From Octopus vulgaris (lineage: Eukaryota), in NCBI GenBank assembly GCA_951406725.2, contig OX597829.1:28396001-28460000 (forward strand): 64,000 bases of DNA, written 5' to 3'. Within the stretch, counting starts at the first letter, position 1, and every line of letters begins with the position of its first letter. The position numbers and the translations under genes were made by a program. Below, piece by piece: positions 63,560 to 64,000 of the stretch. Under the pieces are notes generated by a model. That model saw only the letters and a program-made list of their open reading frames with translations, had not been told where the DNA came from and did no database searches.

Positions 63560-64000
63560 AAAGTTAGGCATAAGAGGAATCAGATGTGGTGTACAAGAGA
63601 GACGACTGTGTGCTGGTATGGTCATGTGATGTGTATGGACGAGGACAGCTGTGTAATGAAGTACTGATCTCTAACTCTGGAAGGAACCTGTGGTCGAGGT
63701 AGACTCAGGAAGACATGAAACAAAGTGGTGAAGCATGACCTTCGAATTTTGAACCTCACAGAAGCAATGACTAGTGACCAAGACCTTTGGTGATGTGCTT
63801 TGCTTAGGTGGGCCTGTCAAACCAAGTGCAAAAAAATCAACCTTTGAATGTTGGGCCTCACGGAGGCAAAGTGGCTGAGTGCCTCTTGAATGTTGGGCCT
63901 GATGGAGGCAAAGTGACTGAGTGCCTCTTGAATGTTGGGCCTGATGGAGGCAAAGTGGCTGAGTTCATTTTGCGTGCTAGGACCTCATGGAGGTGAGGTG
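63560..64000 (+). mobile_element. RTE-like LINE 3' fragment with a 41-42 bp unit in three tandem copies (63841-63965)
   Basis: Homologous to 14680-15005, where the unit is single. Confidence 0.75.

Overview
AT-rich, microsatellite- and transposon-dense animal genomic DNA; the repeat families point to an octopus or other coleoid cephalopod (inference, not database-checked). One host gene is well supported: seven + strand coding exons (10162-30975) of the mitochondrial 2-oxodicarboxylate carrier SLC25A21/ODC. All splice sites are GT-AG with compatible phases, all three carrier motifs are present, and the short first coding exon was not found (probably upstream). The rest is tRNA-derived SINEs, fragments of RTE, CR1 and R4/Dong LINEs, Penelope-like elements, mariner/maT, piggyBac and Helitron/Helentron elements, a decayed full-length 5S rRNA copy and simple repeats. 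Most ORF-track entries are microsatellite artefacts. The most striking unannotated signal is a set of about ten type-I hammerhead-ribozyme motifs (CUGANGA..GAAAC..GUH with paired stems) in at least four short Penelope-related families. Many sit in (TA)n tracts, several are foldback pairs with one motif per strand, some have a long AU-rich stem II, and one lies directly 3' of a Penelope endonuclease C-terminus. Also notable: a SINE/CR1 shared 3' tail with a covarying hairpin, and repeat-free islands that could be enhancers under the known SLC25A21-Pax1/9 linkage.
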